Source of the DNA: Bdellovibrio sp.
Lineage (GTDB): Bacteria; Bdellovibrionota; Bdellovibrionia; Bdellovibrionales; Bdellovibrionaceae
DNA length: 64,000 nt
NCBI GenBank assembly: GCA_014378765.1
Contig: JACMNA010000028.1
Location: forward strand, 6,565 to 70,564
Reading direction: 5' to 3'
Position numbers and translations under genes: made by a program
Shown here: positions 55,451 through 64,000 of the stretch, one piece after another
Numbering within the stretch: position 1 is the stretch's first letter
Layout: every line of letters starts with the position of its first letter
Notes under the pieces: generated by a model
Told to the model about the DNA's origin: nothing
The model's database searches: none
Seen by the model: the letters and a program-made list of their open reading frames with translations, nothing else

Positions 55451-57064
55451 ATGAAATTATCATTAAGAGCTAAATTTTTTGCACTGTTGCTGCCAATTGC
55501 AATCGTTGCGACAATAACAAGTTTTTATTGCTGGAGTGCTTTAGTCGGACAAAATACTGATTTAGCTGATGCCTCAAACAGCTATGAGGCGGCTTTAAAA
55601 TCTCAGCTGCACGTGACGCAAATGTCAGACGCCTTAAAAGGTTATTTACTTGATCCCACAAATACGCGTGAATCAACTAAAGTTAAAGAAGCTGCCGAGA
55701 ATAACATTGCCGACATTGATAATTTAAGAACCACTATCAGTGACATCGAATCAATTAAGTTAGTTGGTAATATGGCCGACTTTTCGGAGACGCAATTAGA
55801 CCCCGCTGAAAATAAAATTAATTCTCTTATCAGCGAAAATAAAATGAAAGAAGCGCAAAGTTATTTTCTACAAACTTATATTCCTTTACGCGCAGAATAT
55901 GAGGCCATGTCACAAGCGCTTTCGCAAAAAACGGGTGAAAACCAAGAAAAAAGTATTGCAAAAATTTTTGCGGGCATGCGCGCTTCGGCGATTAATATTA
56001 TTTTAATCTTAGTCCTTGGATTAATTTTTGCAGCCCTTGGTATTTTATGGATGGTGCAAATCACTTCAAAAAAAATAATGCTCCTAACTCAAAACGTGGC
56101 CGATGCCAGTACGCAAGTGGGCGCAGCTAGCCAGCAGCTGTCGTCAAGCGCGACGCAAGGGGCTTCGTCACTTGAAGAAACTGTGGCTTCGCTGGAAGAA
56201 TTACTAAGTATGGTTCAGTTAAATGCCGAAAATTCAAAGCAAGCGGCCGCCTTGTCACAGGGTAGTCGCGCTTCGGCCGAGACGGGTGAACTGGAAATAA
56301 GAAAATTAATTTCGGCGGTATCAGACGTATCAAAAAGTTCTAAAGAAATTGCTGAGATCATTACCGTCATCGACACCATTGCCTTTCAAACAAACTTGCT
56401 AGCCTTAAACGCCGCAGTTGAAGCCGCCCGCGCCGGTGATCATGGTAAAGGTTTTGCGGTGGTGGCTGAAGCCGTTAGAAATTTAGCGTTAAGAAGCGCG
56501 TCGGCCGCAAAAGATATCAGTAAACTCATTAAAGAAAGCGTTATTAAGACTGAAAATGGCGTTGATATCGCCGATGCCAGTGGACTCGTATTAAAAGAAA
56601 TCGTAAGTTCCGTAAAAAAAGTTGCTGAACTTAACAATGAAATCGCAGCGGCTAGCCAACAACAATCGAATGGACTCAGCCAAATTAGTAAAGCCATGAA
56701 CCAGCTTGACGGAGTTACGCAAGGTAATGCGGCCACCGCTGAGCAAGCCTCGGGTCAAGCCGTTAACTTGCAAAGTTTAGTTATCGAATTAACGACGGTC
56801 ATTGAAGGCCAAGCAAATCATAAGTCGCAAGTACAGGCGACTACAGTTAGACGTTCGCAAATGTCAAATCGCCCCCATTCACAATTTGGCGCAGGCACGG
56901 TCATGTCAATAAATCGTAAGCACAATAATTCTCAATTTAAAAACAATGCTGATTTAGAAAAAGTTTTACCCTTTGGTGAAAAACATGATGCTCAATTAAA
57001 TCATGAAGGTCAAAATGGTGAGCCAGTGCCGCTTGCAAAAGTTGGAACAATTAAAGGTTACTAA
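55451..57064 (+). CDS. methyl-accepting chemotaxis protein
   Basis: Two TM helices flank a ~160-aa periplasmic domain. Conserved tip [40 protein letters not shown] at 55451 preceded by AGGGGAA. Confidence 0.9.
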   Translation: MKLSLRAKFFALLLPIAIVATITSFYCWSALVGQNTDLADASNSYEAALKSQLHVTQMSDALKGYLLDPTNTRESTKVKEAAENNIADIDNLRTTISDIESIKLVGNMADFSETQLDPAENKINSLISENKMKEAQSYFLQTYIPLRAEYEAMSQALSQKTGENQEKSIAKIFAGMRASAINIILILVLGLIFAALGILWMVQITSKKIMLLTQNVADASTQVGAASQQLSSSATQGASSLEETVASLEELLSMVQLNAENSKQAAALSQGSRASAETGELEIRKLISAVSDVSKSSKEIAEIITVIDTIAFQTNLLALNAAVEAARAGDHGKGFAVVAEAVRNLALRSASAAKDISKLIKESVIKTENGVDIADASGLVLKEIVSSVKKVAELNNEIAAASQQQSNGLSQISKAMNQLDGVTQGNAATAEQASGQAVNLQSLVIELTTVIEGQANHKSQVQATTVRRSQMSNRPHSQFGAGTVMSINRKHNNSQFKNNADLEKVLPFGEKHDAQLNHEGQNGEPVPLAKVGTIKGY

Positions 57065-57078
57065 AAAGGATTTCGCAA

Positions 57079-57597
57079 ATGGAAAATGACGCAATTAAAG
57101 CTAAGAACGAAGGACAATATCTAACCTTCTTACTTAATTCACAAAATTACGGAATTCCGATCGGCGCGGTTCGCGAGATAAATGAATTCAGTGAAATTAT
57201 ACCCATTCCGCGTACGCCTGATTTCGTAATTGGGGTTATGAATCTGCGTGGAAAAGTTGTTCCTGTCGTTGATCTGCGCATGAAGTTTGGAATGGAGCGA
57301 ATTCAAAATACGGCCCAGACCTGCATTATCGTTATTGATACCACGATTGGCCAAGTGGGCTCGGTTGTCGACGCCGTTTGCGAAGTCGTTACTTTATCGT
57401 CAAGCCAAATTGAGCCGCCCCCAGTTCTAGGTGAGGCCAGCGAATTACGTTTTGTAACTGGAATTGGTTTGCAGAATGAAAAGTTAATTATTTTAGTAGA
57501 TATAGTTAGTGCCCTTTCGAAAGAAGAATTTATGAAAATGCAGTTACCAACTGATATTTCACAAATGACAAAACCGATTAAAGGCAGCGCCGCTTAA
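57079..57597 (+). CDS. cheW: chemotaxis coupling protein CheW
   Basis: YLTFLLNSQNYGIPIGAVREI...VIGVMNLRGKVVPVVDLR is a CheW domain. Confidence 0.9.
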   Translation: MENDAIKAKNEGQYLTFLLNSQNYGIPIGAVREINEFSEIIPIPRTPDFVIGVMNLRGKVVPVVDLRMKFGMERIQNTAQTCIIVIDTTIGQVGSVVDAVCEVVTLSSSQIEPPPVLGEASELRFVTGIGLQNEKLIILVDIVSALSKEEFMKMQLPTDISQMTKPIKGSAA

Positions 57598-59342
57598 TGG
57601 ATATTCCAGCCGAACTTTTGCGCGAACTGCAAGAGCAATTCATCGATGAAATTGGCTTTATGCTTGATGACTGCGAAGAATCTTTTTTAAAATTGCAAAC
57701 CGAAGACAAACGCCCCGATGAATTAACCAAAATATTTCGGCTGGCCCACTGTATTAAGGGGTCGGCGGCTTCAATTGGATTAAATGCTGTCGCCGAATTT
57801 TCCCATTCATTGGAAGATTGCCTGACTATTTTACGCGCGCGTCCAAAGGCCGTTACACCGGCCATCATATCTTTGTTACTAAGAGTGAATGACGAACTTC
57901 GAAATTATTTGAGTTTATTGCGGGAAGAGAAACAGGAAAGCTGGAATGCTGACCGACTCAAAATAGAAATTACGAACGCCATTCATAGCCTTAATTCATC
58001 AAGCTCGGTAGAAGAAATAACTTTAGCACCGGCGAACGAATTTGAAAGTGTTAATTCGAATACGTCTGAAGTGCAGGCACGCTCTGAACAGAACGCGGTT
58101 CATTCAAACAATTCCATTAAACTTGAAGTCAGCCGTCTAGAACGTGTGCTTAACTTAGTCGGCGAGTTAGTTGTTATAAAAAGCCAAGTGCTAGAAACGT
58201 TCGGCGACACGTCTTCAAATCACACGGTTGAAAACGATTTGCTTTCTTTATTTGAAAAAACAATTCGCGAACTTCAAGATCAAACCATGACGATGCGGCT
58301 ATCGGCCATTAAGCCCGCTTTTATGCGCGTGCAAAGAATTATTCGCGAAACCTCTTTAAAGCTTAACAAGCCCATCGAGGTGGTTATTGAAGGGGAAGAT
58401 GTTGAAGTTGATCGGGCCATGGTAGATCTACTGATTGATCCGTTGCTGCATATCGTAAGAAACGCGCTTGATCACGGCATCGAAAATACCGAGCAAAGAA
58501 TTTTAGCCGGTAAGAAAAAATCTGGGCTTATTCGTTTAGCCGCGCGCCAAGCCGGCGCCCGAATTATCGTTGAAATTGCTGACGACGGGGCCGGAATTGT
58601 AAATGAAAAAGTTTTTAAGCGCGCCACCGAACGAGGTTTAGTCGCCGACGGAATTAAAATCGAGCAGCTTACAAACGCCGATATTTATGAATATTTATTT
58701 ATGCCCGGGTTTTCGACCGCTGACGCCGTGACCGAATTGTCGGGCCGCGGGGTGGGGCTTGACGTGGCCCGCAGTAATATCCAACGGTTAAAGGGCACGA
58801 TCAATTTAGTAAGTGTTCCTGGTCAAGGCACGACATTCTCGATCGTCCTGCCATTAACGACCGCGATTACCGATGGCATTGTGGCGGTGATCGAAGGTCT
58901 GCGGGTGGTCGTTCCCATCGATTCGGTGTTAGAAATTGCGGACCTACGCGAAAAAGATTTAATTCAATTAGATGAAAAAAATCAAATTATCAAAATTCGG
59001 GAGAAATTAATTCCAATCTTTAAAGTGAACGAATTTTTACGACACTCGGCCCAGAACATTGAAAATATTCAGACCCCTCATGGTAGGAATGGTGAAGATG
59101 AAAACCATAATATCGTTTTCATTTTAAAATCCGACACGACGGCCTTTGGCCTTTTAGTTTCTAACATTATTGGTCAAAGCCAAGTTTTAGTGAAGCCACT
59201 GGGCCCGGCATTCGCTGACGAAAACGGCTTATCAGGCGTGGCGATCTTAGGCGACGGCAAGGTGGGTCTGGTATTAGATGTCGAGATGTTATCTCGCTTG
59301 GTGCGACGACGCGACGAACAATTTGAGGTTCAGATTGCTTAA
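57597..59342 (+). CDS. cheA: chemotaxis histidine kinase CheA
   Basis: Hpt (RLAHCIKGSAASIG), a dimerisation region, HATPase (NALDHGIE, DDGAGI, GRGVGLD) and a C-terminal CheW-like domain. Confidence 0.9.
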   Translation: MDIPAELLRELQEQFIDEIGFMLDDCEESFLKLQTEDKRPDELTKIFRLAHCIKGSAASIGLNAVAEFSHSLEDCLTILRARPKAVTPAIISLLLRVNDELRNYLSLLREEKQESWNADRLKIEITNAIHSLNSSSSVEEITLAPANEFESVNSNTSEVQARSEQNAVHSNNSIKLEVSRLERVLNLVGELVVIKSQVLETFGDTSSNHTVENDLLSLFEKTIRELQDQTMTMRLSAIKPAFMRVQRIIRETSLKLNKPIEVVIEGEDVEVDRAMVDLLIDPLLHIVRNALDHGIENTEQRILAGKKKSGLIRLAARQAGARIIVEIADDGAGIVNEKVFKRATERGLVADGIKIEQLTNADIYEYLFMPGFSTADAVTELSGRGVGLDVARSNIQRLKGTINLVSVPGQGTTFSIVLPLTTAITDGIVAVIEGLRVVVPIDSVLEIADLREKDLIQLDEKNQIIKIREKLIPIFKVNEFLRHSAQNIENIQTPHGRNGEDENHNIVFILKSDTTAFGLLVSNIIGQSQVLVKPLGPAFADENGLSGVAILGDGKVGLVLDVEMLSRLVRRRDEQFEVQIA

Positions 59343-60219
59343 ATTAAACCGTGGCGCCCGATTCATTGAATTGCCTGAAGCCTTCATGCAATCTTTGCAG
59401 CAAGACGAAAAAGGTTTTTGTAAACTGGCGGCAATTTTAAAAAAGAATACCGGCATCAATTTAGAGCTCAATGATAAAAATTTGTTCTTAATGGCCGGCC
59501 GGCTAAACAAAGTGCTGCGTGAGTATAGGCTTAGTTCTTATCTTGAATTCATTCATTTAATAAATTCAGGCGACCCTCAGTATGCAAGTGCGTTAGCCAA
59601 TGCGCTGACTACCCATACGACCGATTTTTTTCGCGAAGATGAACATTTTATTATATTAAAAAAACTTGTAACCGATTTGACAAATCATAAAAATTTCAAT
59701 GGTGAAATTAGAATTTGGTGTGCGGCGGCCAGCACCGGGCAAGAGGCTTACACCATCGCAATGTGTATCGAAGAAATCAGAACGTCTTTGCGGCCCTTTG
59801 AATTAAAAATTTTAGCCACCGATATTGATCATCAGGTTCTAGATGTCGCCAGCCAAGGCGTTTACACTCACGTCGAAATGGCACCCGTACCTGCCATGCT
59901 CAAGCAAAAATATTTTAAAAAATGCTTTCAACAAAAGAATGAAGTTTTTCAAGTGAATGCCCGTATCCGAAATGCCATTCACTTTGCGCCTTTTAATTTA
60001 GTAAGCGATGATTATTTATTTCAACATGCTTTTGATATCGTCTTTTGCCGAAACGTTCTTATTTATTTTGATTCAGAAACCCGCACACAGATTATTTCAA
60101 AGTTTGCCGGAATCTTGCAGCCCGAAGGCTTATTATTTTTAGGCCATGCCGAGGCGGGAGTGGTCAAAGCCAGCGCGCTTAAACCAATTCACGTGGCGAT
60201 TTTTAAGAGGGCCGCATGA
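59335..60219 (+). CDS. cheR: chemotaxis methyltransferase CheR
   Basis: IRIWCAAASTGQEAYTIAM and VFCRNVLIYF SAM-methyltransferase motifs. TTG at 59335 (GAGG 6 nt upstream, overlaps the cheA stop) or ATG at 59386. The track start at 59278 is unlikely. Confidence 0.85.
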   Translation: MLKLNRGARFIELPEAFMQSLQQDEKGFCKLAAILKKNTGINLELNDKNLFLMAGRLNKVLREYRLSSYLEFIHLINSGDPQYASALANALTTHTTDFFREDEHFIILKKLVTDLTNHKNFNGEIRIWCAAASTGQEAYTIAMCIEEIRTSLRPFELKILATDIDHQVLDVASQGVYTHVEMAPVPAMLKQKYFKKCFQQKNEVFQVNARIRNAIHFAPFNLVSDDYLFQHAFDIVFCRNVLIYFDSETRTQIISKFAGILQPEGLLFLGHAEAGVVKASALKPIHVAIFKRAA

Positions 60220-61271
60220 AAATCAGAACCCTCATCGTTGATGATTCGGCCGTCATACGTACGCTTTATTCTAGAATGCTTTCAAGCGATCCGGAAATTG
60301 AAATCGTCGGCGTAGCTTGCGATCCTTTCGAAGCGCGCGAACTTTTAGTACGCCTGCGCCCCGATGTCATGACCTTAGACATTGAAATGCCTAGAATGGA
60401 CGGGCTTACGTTTTTAGAAAAGGTGATGGAATATCTACCGGTTAGAACTTTAATAATCAGTAGTTTTTCGGGCGCAGGGGCCAGTCAACTATTGCGCGCA
60501 TTTGAGCTTGGGGCCGTGGACGTTATTTCGAAACCCACTCTGCAAGGCCAGTCAACGTTCGAACAGGTTTCGCACGAATTGATTTCGCGTGTGAAGGCGG
60601 TTGCACACGCCAATTTGCCAAACCCAACAGTTCACTATTTAAAATCAAAGAATAGTCTCAATAAATATGAAGCCATTCATCTCAAGCAGAACCACAAAAT
60701 TATTGCGATTGGCGCCTCCACCGGCGGGACGGAAGCCCTTAAGGTTGTCTTGTCAGCTTTACCAGAAAATATACCTGGCACGGTCATCGTACAGCATATG
60801 CCACCGGTTTTTACTAAAACATATGCGGCCACCTTGCAACGACTTTGCCCTTTCGAAGTGAAGGAAGCCGAAGATGGAGACTGCGTGCAAGAGGGGCGCG
60901 TGATTTTAGCTCCCGGAAACTTTCATATGACTTTGGTTAAAAGTGGTAACAAGTTTCATGTTGCCCTTGATCAGAATCCGCCTTTGCATGGCGTGCGACC
61001 ATCGGTGGATATTTTATTTCAATCTGTGGCCAAAGTGGCCGGTCCGCAATCAATCGGAATGTTATTAACTGGAATGGGCTCTGATGGCGCACGCGGATTA
61101 CTTGAAATGAAAAAAGCGGGAAGTTTTAATATTGCGCAAGATGAATTAACGTCAGTGGTTTTCGGAATGCCTAAAGAGGCGATTGCGCTGAAGGCCGTTC
61201 ACGCAATTTTACCGTTAGATAAAATTGCGGACGCTGTTTTAATAAGAATCTTGAAGCGAATTGCTTCCTAA
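60216..61271 (+). CDS. cheB: chemotaxis methylesterase/deamidase CheB
   Basis: Receiver (LIVDDS, TLDIEMPRMDG, ISKP) plus esterase (GASTGG, VQHMP, GMGSDG). ATGA overlap with cheR. Confidence 0.9.
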   Translation: MKIRTLIVDDSAVIRTLYSRMLSSDPEIEIVGVACDPFEARELLVRLRPDVMTLDIEMPRMDGLTFLEKVMEYLPVRTLIISSFSGAGASQLLRAFELGAVDVISKPTLQGQSTFEQVSHELISRVKAVAHANLPNPTVHYLKSKNSLNKYEAIHLKQNHKIIAIGASTGGTEALKVVLSALPENIPGTVIVQHMPPVFTKTYAATLQRLCPFEVKEAEDGDCVQEGRVILAPGNFHMTLVKSGNKFHVALDQNPPLHGVRPSVDILFQSVAKVAGPQSIGMLLTGMGSDGARGLLEMKKAGSFNIAQDELTSVVFGMPKEAIALKAVHAILPLDKIADAVLIRILKRIAS

Positions 61272-61282
61272 GAAATATACGA

Positions 61283-61582
61283 TTACTTACAAGGTGATGT
61301 GTTAGACGCCGTTAAAGCTGCGCCGCCATCAAAAGTGTACGTGACCGTTTTCTTTATCAAAGTTCCTTTGCGCACAATCTTAGAAGTTTTTTCAGCCATT
61401 TTCTTACAAGCGGCCGCATCGCCAGCTTTGTTTTTTTCTTCAGTTTCTTGTTTGCCGTCATAAGGCTTAAAAGCTGCTTCTTCTTTACCCGGACATGCTT
61501 CTCTTTTAATTTTCATTACACATTCGCCCGCAAAAGATGTTGATGATATAATGAGTAGGCCTAATACGATTAAGTTTTTCAT
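61283..61582 (-). CDS. small exported Cys-containing protein
   Basis: Start chosen at MKNLIVLGLLIISSTSFA. Four Cys residues in the mature part, Lys/Glu-rich. Confidence 0.5.
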   Translation of the reverse strand: MKNLIVLGLLIISSTSFAGECVMKIKREACPGKEEAAFKPYDGKQETEEKNKAGDAAACKKMAEKTSKIVRKGTLIKKTVTYTFDGGAALTASNTSPCK

Positions 61583-61995
61583 TTGTTTCCTTTCATGGAA
61601 CATAAAATTGATGGCTCTTACTAAGTTGCATTTTTGCTTAGCTGCATTAGTTGCTGTTAAACTTAGATCTATTTTTAATGGGATTCGAAAACTATACAAT
61701 CATGAAAAAATAATTCCCTAGCCGATAGTCTACAATCGCTTTTGAAACGAATGAACTTCCTTTTACCCGGCAGAAATTGTTTATTATCCATTAAGCTTAA
61801 ATGTGAATATAAAGCGGGCAGAATTAGGGATCCGAAACTAAAAAAGCCGTGAGTCGCCAAATGCAGACCAAGGAAATACTCTTTTGGCTATCGTTTTTGT
61901 AATTTCGCACGCGCTCTTAACAAGATTATGACATGATTTTTAGTCTCAGTTGGCCTAACCTTTTACTAGATAAAACAAACCAACGAGGAGCACAA

Positions 61996-63177
61996 ATGAT
62001 TTTTAGGGCTTTAACTTTCAGTTTAGTAACTATTTTTTCCGTTCAAATGTGGGCGCAAGAGAAAAAAACCAGTGCGGTCGAAAATATTATCGTAACGCCT
62101 GAACCTAAAAAAGAAGTCGTCGAACTTATCAAAAAAAGCGAATTCACCGGAGACTTTCGTTACCGTTACCAACAAATTACAAACGGTTCTACAAAAGAAC
62201 GTCGTAGAAATCAGCTTATGTTTCGCGTCGGACAAAATATTCAGTTACAGGATGATTTAAAATTCACTTACCGTTTAATGACCGGAGCCGAAGCGGGCAG
62301 TGGAAATGTGACATTAGGCGGAACGGCGACTCCGGCCACCAGCGGAAACCAAGGTTCGCCTCGTCAATTTATCGGTTTAGACTTAGCTTACGGTACGTAC
62401 AATCCAGCAAAAGATGTTTCAATTTTCTTTGGTAAAAATGCGCAATATTTTTATTTCGCTTCAAAAAACCAGATTATTTTAGATCGCGACATCACTCCTG
62501 AAGGTGTGGGCGTGCAATATAAAACCGGGCTTTTTGATGACACTTTGATGGCAACGGTTAATTTAGGTGGATTTTGGGTTGCGGAAAAGTATAGTGCAAC
62601 GGACGAATTAAATGACACTTTTTTATCTGTCGCGCAATTAAACTTAATGTATAAATTCTCTGATTTTCAAATCATTGCCGGTTACGGAATGTTTAATTAC
62701 TCTGATGTGAAGGGCGAACTACCAACTAGTTTTTCAAATCTTTCAACGACCAGCAATGCTCGTGGAAATACTTTAGTCGGCGGTCGTTATTTAAATAACT
62801 ATGAAATAAAGCAGGCCTCACTTGAAGTTAAGTGGAATATGAAGCCATTTGAAGTTTCCATTTTCGGTGAAGCCGATGAAAATACGGCGGCCGATACTTT
62901 AGGTCGCGCCAGTTTATTAGGAACAAGTTTTGTGTGGGACCGCATCAGCTTAACATACATGTATCAGCGAGTTGAAAAAGACGCTGTCTTCGCGATTTAC
63001 ACCGATGGTGATTTTGCTGGCGGCGTAACTTCAAGTGAAGGCAGTATCATCAGTGCTGGCTATAAGTTAAGTAAGAATGCCATTGTATCGTATACAACAT
63101 ACCAAAATCGCTATGGCATCGACGTCGCTTCGACTGATTATGCGCGATCGAATGTTGATTTGACCTTAAGCTTCTAA
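61996..63177 (+). CDS. outer-membrane porin-like beta-barrel protein
   Basis: ATG at 61996 preceded by GAGGAG. Signal peptide ending MWAQE, amphipathic beta pattern, C-terminal DLTLSF. Confidence 0.55.
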   Translation: MIFRALTFSLVTIFSVQMWAQEKKTSAVENIIVTPEPKKEVVELIKKSEFTGDFRYRYQQITNGSTKERRRNQLMFRVGQNIQLQDDLKFTYRLMTGAEAGSGNVTLGGTATPATSGNQGSPRQFIGLDLAYGTYNPAKDVSIFFGKNAQYFYFASKNQIILDRDITPEGVGVQYKTGLFDDTLMATVNLGGFWVAEKYSATDELNDTFLSVAQLNLMYKFSDFQIIAGYGMFNYSDVKGELPTSFSNLSTTSNARGNTLVGGRYLNNYEIKQASLEVKWNMKPFEVSIFGEADENTAADTLGRASLLGTSFVWDRISLTYMYQRVEKDAVFAIYTDGDFAGGVTSSEGSIISAGYKLSKNAIVSYTTYQNRYGIDVASTDYARSNVDLTLSF

Positions 63178-63194
63178 AATAATCTGTAACAAAG

Positions 63195-63225
63195 GTGCTC
63201 CACTTAACTAGTGGGGCACTTTATT
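63195..63225 (+). terminator. rho-independent terminator
   Basis: GTGCTCCAC pairs with GTGGGGCAC (one G-U pair), followed by TTTATT. Confidence 0.55.
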
Positions 63226-63241
63226 CAAAAAAAAGAAACAA

Positions 63242-64000
63242 TTAAGCCACTTGCTTTAAATATTTCTTTAAAATCGATATGAGCTTCGGATAAACAATGG
63301 GTTTTCCTAAAAAATCATTCATGCCGACTTTCAGACTGCGTTCAAGGTCTCCACTTGTACCTTCGGCCGACAAGGCCACGATTGGCAGTATCATTCCATC
63401 AACCGACATAGCGCGAATACGGGCAGTGGCTTCATAGCCGTCCATAATAGGCATGCGGCAGTCCATCAACACAAGATCATACTTTTTGTTTTTAATATTT
63501 TGAATGGCTTCCGCGCCATTGCTAACGATATCACATGGTAAGCCTAATTTTTTCAAAAAACTGGTAATAACTTTTTGGTTCACCACTTGATCTTCGACGA
63601 TTAGTACCTGACCTTGAAATTGTAATGGCGATTGCGATTGAGGTTCGGTCTCTACTTCTGCCAACTTTACGCCCGGTTGAACTTTTAATTTCAACTCAAA
63701 ACTAAATGTAGAGCCTACGCCTAGATGGCTGCTGACTTTAATCTCGCCGCCTAGCAGGCGCACAAAACTTTGACTGATCATTAAACCTAAGCCGGTTCCG
63801 CCCATCGAGGCGCCATGTTCAGTTTGTGAATAGGCCGTGAATAACTTTTTAATTTCGGCCGCCGATAGGCCGGACCCCGTGTCGGAAATTTCAAATAAAA
63901 AACTTTGTGTATCGTAACCTTCAGAAGCAGACTTAATTTTCAAAGCGACAACTCCTCTATCAGTGAACTTAATCGCGTTGCCAAGCAGATTAGTTAACAC
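63242..64000 (-). CDS. hybrid sensor histidine kinase (C-terminal HATPase plus receiver; truncated by window edge)
   Basis: GGTGLGLMISQ G-box, then receiver VLIVEDQ...LVLMDCRMPIMDG...FLGKP. The N-terminus lies beyond position 64000. Confidence 0.8.
   Translation of the reverse strand: MLTNLLGNAIKFTDRGVVALKIKSASEGYDTQSFLFEISDTGSGLSAAEIKKLFTAYSQTEHGASMGGTGLGLMISQSFVRLLGGEIKVSSHLGVGSTFSFELKLKVQPGVKLAEVETEPQSQSPLQFQGQVLIVEDQVVNQKVITSFLKKLGLPCDIVSNGAEAIQNIKNKKYDLVLMDCRMPIMDGYEATARIRAMSVDGMILPIVALSAEGTSGDLERSLKVGMNDFLGKPIVYPKLISILKKYLKQVA

Noticed and set aside
1-64000. Searched by eye for CRISPR arrays, tRNA/rRNA/tmRNA, IS elements, integrases and prophage genes, and for c-di-GMP-I (GEMM-I)-type riboswitch motifs in the larger intergenic regions (12452-12945, 13960-14272, 19353-19799, 41113-41793, 55189-55450).
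   Set aside because: I saw no regularly spaced repeats, no cloverleaf-like or rRNA-like sequence, no transposase- or integrase-like ORF, and no GGCAAACC...GACGCAAAGCC-type riboswitch core. A covariance-model scan would be needed to exclude ncRNAs rigorously.

Overview
Gene-dense, moderately AT-rich chromosomal window with about 65 protein-coding genes. I found no rRNA, tRNA, CRISPR array, transposase, integrase or phage genes. About half the products carry signal peptides or lipoboxes, and many look like exported hydrolases (several HExxH zincins, a two-HKD phospholipase D lipoprotein, cysteine-peptidase-like proteins, a secreted Fic enzyme). Together with a TIGR02147-type regulator and an Agl-Glt-like cluster, this suggests a Bdellovibrio-like predatory bacterium; that is inference, not proof. 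Recognisable blocks: (1) 0.1-19 kb, stress, redox and metal housekeeping (peroxiredoxin-like, CDF exporter, AI-2E transporter, OsmC plus DCC oxidoreductase with a divergent GbsR/MarR-like regulator, LLM oxidoreductase, KGG stress protein) mixed with exported unknowns. (2) 19.8-30 kb, a ten-gene TolQ/TolR-powered envelope machine resembling the myxobacterial Agl-Glt gliding apparatus. (3) 30-38 kb, outer-membrane proteins, a fatty-acid hydroxylase, and a MASE1-CHASE-PAS histidine kinase with a response regulator. (4) 38.1-41.1 kb, a tight three-gene operon of exported proteins whose first member reads like a compact secretin; this is my best candidate for an undescribed system. (5) A 681-bp ORF-poor spacer, then secreted Fic, asparaginase_II, DUF2235 lipase-like protein and an FAD oxidoreductase. 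(6) 46.6-52.1 kb, exported hydrolase-like proteins. (7) 52.2-61.3 kb, a complete chemosensory locus (MCP, CheW, CheA, CheR, CheB) divergent from CheY, a STAS-CheX fusion and a CheD-pseudo-receiver fusion. An outer-membrane protein gene at 1239-2161 is disrupted by an exact 11-bp tandem duplication. All functional calls come from motif and family recognition by eye; no database search was run.
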